Shown here: in pieces, positions 53,304 to 64,000 of the stretch
Layout of the letters: each line of letters starts with the position of its first letter
Numbering within the stretch: the first letter of the stretch is position 1
Assembly (NCBI RefSeq): GCF_009914755.1
Contig: NC_060925.1
Strand: one strand, 5' to 3'
DNA: 64,000 bases
From: the human T2T-CHM13v2.0 reference genome, Homo sapiens
The notes under the pieces: generated by a model
Databases searched by the model: none
The model's input: the letters and a program-made list of their open reading frames with translations, nothing else
What the model was told of the DNA's origin: nothing
Position numbers and translations under genes: made by a program

Positions 53304-54164
53304 ATCACAATCACAATTAATTAATGATGATAGTAGCTACTAAAAGGTAGTACTATTATTATTATTATTTTATGGATGACCAAACTGAAGTATAGAGCTG
53401 TCTAGTGACTTCTTACAATTAGTAGCTAACAAGTGATATAAAAGTTATATACAATTATACAATGTATGGAGAGAACATAAAGATTGGAGTGACCAGTTTA
53501 TATGCTGGGGCAGGGCAGCTGACACAAAGTCTCACTGAATAACTGAAACTTGACGGATACTAAGGAGTTGATCAGGTATTCTAAGCAGAAAGATCAAAAA
53601 ATTTTAGAATTTTATAATAATAAATTATATAATAATATATAATTTTACAAACATTTTATAATTTTATAATAATTTCACTATGTATATATGTAATTGAATA
53701 TCACTATATATTTATATATGTACTTGTATATGAAAACATCATGTTGTATACATTAAATTTATACAACAAAAAATAAGAAAAAAACATGCAAATTTCACTG
53801 ATGTGCGGTGAGAAGATGCTACTCAAAGAGATGTCATTTATAATAGCTTCCCTGGCTCTCAATTTTCTCCCTCATAAAATAAGCAGTTAAAACTATTTTA
53901 TCTCTGAAGTCCCGTCTAGTTCATACAGTCTATGATTCTATGCTGGTAGCATTGAAAGTTAAACAAATTACTGGGACACTGTAGGCACAGTACTTTTCTC
54001 TATGCAATACTAGAATAAATCATGGGAAATGTGTCCCTGTGCCCTAAAAACAAGGATATAGCTACTGTCACTTATAAATTAAATAGCACTGTGATTCAAG
54101 TTAAAAAAGACTTAGGAGTTTGAGACATTGAACCACCATTTATAATGTGCCTACGGGAAAATAA

Positions 54165-55886
<1,722 letters not shown>

Positions 55887-56351
55887 TTAAACTAAATATG
55901 GCATATAAAGCAATTGTTTAAAAACTATCCATACTCCAAATGTATTCTAAAATGTTTGTTAAAGAGAAAGGAAAAAGATGAGTCCTTTAAAAATGTTAGA
56001 CTCAGGCTTGGAAAGGGCTGTAGGTCTTGAAGAGAAAAGTTAATGAATAATCTTTTGTGTCTGATGCCAGTTAGTTTTTATAACAGTTTCAAGGCTTCAA
56101 AGGACAGGAAGCTGTAGAGCAGAGTTCAAGAGAAAATTTCCATCCAGACTGGAAAAAGCAGCAGAGGGTAATCCCAGGAAAACAGTGCATATGTAAACAG
56201 AATCATTTCCTTCTTTTTGGTTTACATTGGAAAAAAGCATGATGCTGAAAGATACTGGAAGGCAAGCAAAACCTGAGCTGGGAAGAAAAACAGAACAGAA
56301 ATAGTCTCTAGCGGTCAGGTGCAGTGGCTCACACCTGTAATGGCCAGCCAC

Positions 56352-56990
56352 TTCTATGTGAGATACTTCATATGAATAGAATCATACAATATTTGTCAAT
56401 TAGTGGCTGGCTATTTCGCTTAGCACAATGTCCTCAAGGCTCATCCATGTTGTAGCATATGAAAGGATTTCTTTCTTTTTAAAGCCTGCATTACACATCA
56501 TTGTATGTATATAACACCTTTCCTCTATCTATTCATTCATCAGTGGACATTTGGGTTGTGTCCACCTCTTGTCTATTGTGAATAATGCTACAATGAACAT
56601 GGGATTATTTTTAAATTCTGCTTTGAATTCTTTTGGATATATACTCAGAAATGGGATTGCTAGATCATACGGTAATTCTGTTTTTTTTTTTTTTGAGGAA
56701 CCTTCATACTGTTTCCATAATGTAAAAATACCATTTTACATTCCCACTCACAGTGCATGTGGATTCCAATTTTTCTGCATCAGTCATAGAAACAGAAAGC
56801 AGAAAAGGGGTTGCTAAGGGATGAGGTAGGGAGGAGAGGAAATTAGTGTTTAATGGGTATGGAGTTTCTGTTTTGCAAGATGAAAAAGTTCTAGAGAACT
56901 GCTGCATAACAATGTGAATATACTTAACACTACTGAACTTAAAAATGGTTAAGATGATAAACTTAATGTTATGTGTTTTGTCTTAAAAAA
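56352..56990 (+). mobile_element. L1MA/MB-like 3' end with an inverted 5' segment
   Basis: 56352-56765 antisense, ~56784-56990 sense, ending in a short A-run. Confidence 0.7.
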
Positions 56991-57426
56991 CAGATTATGT
57001 CACACTGAAATCTTCTAATGGTTTAGCTTTATATAAACAACTGACTGCAATTATTGGTCAAATCTTAGACTTCGTTATCTATGCTTATGGAATGTCTTAA
57101 CAGCTTGAACTGTGTGATTTACAGCCTCCAATTATACTCTGACATTTCTTGATTACTTCTGAAAAAGTCTTTCATTTTCAAAGAGACACATGTCTACTAA
57201 GAATTAAGATTAGTGAATTTAATAATCCTGATAAGAAAACTGAAGACTATAAGCCATTTTTTTTCTTTGACTTTTAATCTTCCATTATCAGAACAAACCA
57301 ATTCTCATTGTCCATTGGACACATCTACTCCTCCCATTCACCTACTTCCTAATGGTAGAAAATTTTCAGGATTTTTTAGTTGTACAGCTGTCCAACTTGG
57401 AGGGACTTCTCAATGTGTGAAGTCTT

Positions 57427-57735
<309 letters not shown>

Positions 57736-58639
57736 TAGGGCTTTTTATTATTTAGAAAACCTTGAAATATTGAAGTTCACAACAGGTCATAAAAAACTAA
57801 CACTTCCTTTCAGCCAGCTACATTAATCTTAAATCCATAATTTATTTCATATATTAAACAATACATCAAATTCATAATATATAAAATATAATTTATCATG
57901 GTTACAAAATTTCATAGCGAAAATAAAAGCAACTGGGATTACAAGTGTGAGCCACCGCACCCGGCCCATTTGGGTTTTCTTTAACTTTTTATCCCTTTTT
58001 TTTGCTCCTACTACAGACATGGAAGGTCTTCTTTAATGACGTTAACGTATACATCTGATAAGTACAATATCAGGATTTCCTGGGCCTGTTTCTCTTGTCT
58101 TTTTTTGTTTTCCCTCTTGGTGTTTAGTCAAATCTTGTCAGTTTGCATAACTGGTTATTTTTTACTGAGTTTCAGTTATTGTATATGGAAAACTGTAGAA
58201 ATAACCTGAGGCTCTGGAACACGTTACCTTCCTCCAAAAATTTACTCTTCTTATTTGACAGGCAATTAAGCTAAAGGAAGATTGCTTTAAGCAGGATCGA
58301 GATGATAAAAATTAGGTTTCAGCCCTTGTGAATACTAGTCTATTTTTGGCTCACCCCTACTCCTAGGGTATATATAATTCTTCAGGGTTCCAATAAAAAG
58401 CCTGGGGTGTTTACCAGGGGCTCTCCTCCTTAGCAGCTCTCCACATTTTGCCCTTCTAGCCCCATAAGACTGCTGAAAGCCCTATTCAGTTTCTCAGCCT
58501 CTTATCCTTGCTAATTTTGTAAACAGCAATCACCTTGAGTGGTCCTAAATGTTGGGCTCACCTCTCTTAGCTTCTCCCTTCTACCAGATCTTACCCTCAC
58601 AAATTCTCATTGCCTTGGTACTTTCTGATGCCTTCAGAT

Positions 58640-58882
58640 TTTTTTATTTTTTAGACACAGAGTCTCACTGTGTCGGCCAGGCTAGAGGGCAAAGGTGCAA
58701 TCATAGCTCATTGAGGCCAAGTGATCCTCCTGCCTCAGCCTCCCAAGTAGCTGGAACTCCAAGCACACACCACCATGCCCAGCTAATTTTTTTAGGGTCT
58801 TGCTATGTTGCCCAGGCTAGTTTTGAACTCCTGGCTTCAAGTGATCCTCCTGCCGTGGCCTCCCAAAGCATTGGGATTGCAG
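58640..58882 (-). mobile_element. AluJ-like with internal deletions
   Basis: Antisense; CAGATTTTT on both flanks; inside an L1M 5'-like region. Confidence 0.82.
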
Positions 58883-58939
58883 GCATAAGCCACAGCATCT
58901 AATCCAAACAGATTTTTAAAAATATTTATCTAGCCCTTG

Positions 58940-59565
58940 TGGACCTTCTATTTTAGAAGAAAGGCAATAAACAAAAAATAAGTAAATTGCAGTATATTAG
59001 AAGACAACTGCTATAGAAAAAAAAAGTAGATCAAGGTTGGGTATAAAGGGCTAGAAGGTAAATTGTAAATTTAAATATGGTGGACAGGGTAGGCCTGCCT
59101 CACAAGAAGGTAAAAACTCAGCAAAAACTTGAAGAAGATGAGGGATTTGCCCATGTGAATATCTGAGTCAAAAACTTTACAAGCTGAGGCAATAGACAAT
59201 ATAAAGATCCAAAGACAGGAACATGCCTGGCATGTTCAAAGAATAGCAAGGAGGACATTATGATTGGTGCAGGATGAGCTAGTGGGACAGTAAAAGAGAA
59301 GTTAGAGCAGTAACACAGGGAAGGGTGACAGATTAGTTGGAGTCTTGTAAACTATTGTATGGAATTTGGCTTTCACTCTAAGTGAAATGAGGAACTTTTG
59401 CAGCATTCTAAGCAGACTACTATCATCCTGGCTGCTGTGTTGAGAACATACTATACTGAGGCAAGGGTAGGAACAAGGAGGCCAGTTACATGGCTACTGT
59501 AAAGAATTCACGGGAGAGATCACATTGGCCTGAATTAGGGTGATAACGGTGGAAAGGGTTGGAAG
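58940..59565 (-). mobile_element. L2 relic
   Basis: tgcctggcatgttcaaagaatagcaaggagg...ctggctgctgtgttgagaa, typical antisense L2. Confidence 0.75.
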
Positions 59566-59655
59566 CAGTTCCTCCAATACTGGGGTTTACTTTCTTACCA
59601 ATCTCATTTCTATGAAACTGCCTAAATATGTATCTCCATAAATAGAAAACATGCA

Positions 59656-60195
<540 letters not shown>

Positions 60196-60196
60196 G

Positions 60197-60385
60197 CTTC
60201 ATTATACAGGCATGATTAATTAAATCATTGGCCACTGGTGATTAGCTCAAAATGCAGCCCCTCTCCCCTCCCCAGGGGAGATCAGGGGGTCAGGTAGAGT
60301 GAAGGTTCCAACCCACTAATCTCATGAGTGATTCTCCTGGCAACCAGCTCCTATCCTCACTAACATTAACTCACGTGTGGATGAC
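60197..60385. mobile_element. MER21-like LTR fragment
   Basis: catgattaattaaatcattggcca...cagcccctctcccctccc...gttccaaccc.ctaatc. Confidence 0.6.
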
Positions 60386-60424
60386 AAGGACTTATGAAAA
60401 GCTGAAATAATTCTTCAATAGTAG

Positions 60425-61392
<968 letters not shown>

Positions 61393-61732
61393 CAACAGCA
61401 AAAATTTTAAATGAAGTCCTTCAGGCAGAAGGAAATAATACCAAATGAAAAATATGAATTTGCACATAAAAATGAAGAACACTGGAAACAGTAGCAATGT
61501 AGATAAATTCAAATGACTTCATTTATTATTTAAATCTCCTGAAAATACAACTATTAAAAGAAAAACAATAACAATGTATTTTAAGGTTTACATTTTGTAT
61601 AAAAGTAAAATGTGTGAAAACATTAGCACAAAGGCTGGTAGAGGAGAATGGAAGTGTGCTGTGATAAGGTACTAATACTATTAGTGAAATAGTACAATAT
61701 CACTTGAAAGTAGACGGTGCTAAAGGTACAAC

Positions 61733-61954
61733 CAAAGGTTGGCAAACTACAGCCTGCAGGCCAGATCTGACCTGCCACCTGTTTCTGTGAATAAAGTTTT
61801 ATTGGGATACAGCCACAGTTATTCATTTATCTATTGTCTATGGCTGCTTTTGTGCAACAATGGCAGAATTGTAGTTCCAACAGATAGTGTGATCTACAAA
61901 ACCTAAAATATTTAGGCTATCTGAACATTTATAGAAAAAGTTTGCTGACCTCTG
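61733..61954 (+). mobile_element. MER58A-like hAT MITE
   Basis: TIRs CAAAGGTTGGCAAACT / AGTTTGCTGACCTCTG; aataaagttttattgg core; within L1M relic ~61395-62280. Confidence 0.85.
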
Positions 61955-63296
61955 GTATATACTATACACTCTCAAATATGCACAAAAAGATACAGCTAAT
62001 ATGCCAACAAAGGAGATAAAATGGAATCACAAAAGATAATAAAAAAGGAGGCAGAAAAATAAGAAGAGAACAAAGAACAGATGACAAACAGGCAACAAAT
62101 AGCAAGATGGTAGATTTAAACACAACCATATCAACAACCATGTTAAATGTAAGCAGCCTAAACAGCCCAATAAAAAAGGCAGAAATTATTACATTGGATA
62201 AAAAAGCAAGATCTGATCATACACTGCCTACAACAAACCCACTTAAAATATAAAGACATAAATAGGTTAAAAAGATTAAGCTTCTAGAGATGGATAAGAT
62301 GGAGTAAGCACACTTTACTCTCTCCCACTGAAGGCAGCTTTCAAACTTGGAAAGAATGTATGCAGTAGTATTTGAAGATGCTGAAAAGTCATTAGTAGCA
62401 GACAGACTGGGAAAGGAGACCAGAATTTGAAGTACCACTGAACCAGCAGTGAGTTTATCCTTTTTTTTTCCCTCTAGTATACCCAGACTGAATTCAACAC
62501 ATTCAAAAGCCCAGTAGTGAGTATTGGGGTGCATACAGAGAAAGATCCAGGAAAAGCCTCTCAAAGGGTGGGAAAAAGAACTCCTAATACTCAGAGAGAG
62601 TGTGAAAAATCCCCCATTTTTTCCACTTTCTTTTCTCCATTTACTCATACCCCAACCTCCGGGCAATCCTGTCGTGATGGCAGTGAAAGCAGCAGCAGCT
62701 GCAGCACCAGTAGCAACGGGAATCATCAGAAGTCAAAATTCTGAAAAAGGGAGACTTTCCTCTCTTTTGGTAGAGCAGTAGTTCTAAGAGGATGAGACCA
62801 ATTCTCACTCTGTCTTTTTCTGTTTTCCTGCTGCTTGGACCTAGATATGCAAGTATACATCAGAAAGGGGTAACTGTTCTAAGTTTCTGGTGAGAGAACA
62901 GAAAAGGGAAGCCTCAGGGAACCAGAAAGTACTAGGGAGATCACAGAGATGAAGAACTCAGGAGAGCAAGCCCATAAACTGGTTTATGAACTCCTGGCCC
63001 CAGCCCAAGTAGAGAACATGTAGATCTGTCCAATTCAGCATATAATAAACAGAAGTGACATTCATTGGAATTATAGGCCATAGCAGCCAGGTTGAAACTT
63101 GGGGTCTGAACCCAACCAGATAGACTGCCTACTAAAACAACAACTATCAACATAATCCGTAAGATTTATCAAAAACCAGCTGACTACAAAAAACTCACTT
63201 CAAATACAATGATATAGGTAGACTAAAACGATTAAAAGTTTAAACATGGAAAATATATTACCATGTAAACACTAATCAAAATAAAACTGGAATGGT

Positions 63297-63527
63297 TATA
63301 GTAGTATGAGACAAAGTAGACCTTGAACACGCACACAAAAAACAACACAGATAAAAAAGAATATCATGTAATAATAAAAGGGTCTGGCAGTAATCCCACG
63401 GTGGCTGGGATTACAGGCATGAGCCACTGTGGAATTACTAGCTGACCCTTTTATTATGACATAATATTCTTCTTTATCTGCATTGTTTTTTGTGTGTTCA
63501 AAGTCTGCTTTGTCTTATATTACTATA
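63297..63527. repeat. Long imperfect inverted repeat (110/106-nt arms, 15-nt loop)
   Basis: 63297-63406 versus the reverse complement of 63422-63527: 92/106 identical plus one 4-nt indel (hand alignment). Confidence 0.95.
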
Positions 63528-63787
63528 TGAGAGGTGGGTGTATTGTTTGAGCCTAGCAGTTCTAAGCCAGCCAAGGCAACATGGTGAAACTTCATCTCTA
63601 CAAAAACATGCAAAAATTAGCCAGCCATGGTTGTGCATGTCTGTGGTCCTAGCTACTCAGGAGAACAAGGTGAGAGGATCACTTGAGCCCAGGGAAGCTG
63701 AGGCTGCAGTGAGCCGAGATCACACCACTGCACTCCAGCCTAGGTGACAAAGTGAGGCCCTGTCTCAAAAAAATTAATAAATAAAAA
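63528..63787 (+). mobile_element. AluJ-like lacking its 5' head
   Basis: Begins at about the GGGAGG position of the left arm; the missing head lies inverted in the adjacent hairpin. Confidence 0.85.
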
Positions 63788-63901
63788 GAATTATTAGAGA
63801 TAACTACACATACAAATTGGACAACTTTAATGAAATCAACTAATTTCTCACAAACTCAAACTACCAACATTCACCAAAGATTAAACAGATATCTGAATAG
63901 T

Positions 63902-64000
63902 CTTTTTGTTTTTTGTTGTTATTTTGAGTTAAGGTCTTACTCTGTCACCCAGGCTAGAGTACAGTGGCACAATCATGGCTCACTGCAGTCTTGACCTCCC
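63902..64000 (-). mobile_element. Alu, cut by the window edge
   Basis: Antisense right arm. Confidence 0.85.

Noticed and set aside
62217-62781. 169-aa and 85-aa ORFs with short Ala runs
   Set aside because: They lie in L1M 5'-like sequence with a small (GCA)n run; no convincing splice or homology support.

Overview
Hominid (most likely human or African great ape) intronic DNA, dominated by interspersed repeats. The only host coding sequence I can support is one 357-nt internal exon on the minus strand (9448-9804, AG/GT bounded, phase 1-1). It encodes a SWIM zinc finger and matches ZSWIM5 as I recall it (probably exon 2). The repeats include three SVAs of different ages, a solo LTR7 (HERV-H), a complete MST MaLR provirus, three primate L1PA pieces, ancient L1M/L2/MIR/MLT/MER relics and about 40 Alus, many with readable target-site duplications (TSDs). 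I see no new multi-gene system, and all other long ORFs in the track are L1 ORF2 remnants or repeat artefacts. Most notable oddities: (1) an SVA whose Alu-like domain lacks exactly a GT...AG interval, suggesting it retrotransposed from spliced RNA; (2) a ~230-nt template-switch hairpin built from L1 plus an Alu head; (3) a symmetric SWIM exon bracketed by inverted and direct repeats; (4) an SVA with almost no VNTR; (5) a TG/CA inverted microsatellite with matching CG interruptions; (6) short unexplained direct repeats. Repeat subfamily names come from recalled consensus features, not a search. Boundaries without a TSD are approximate.
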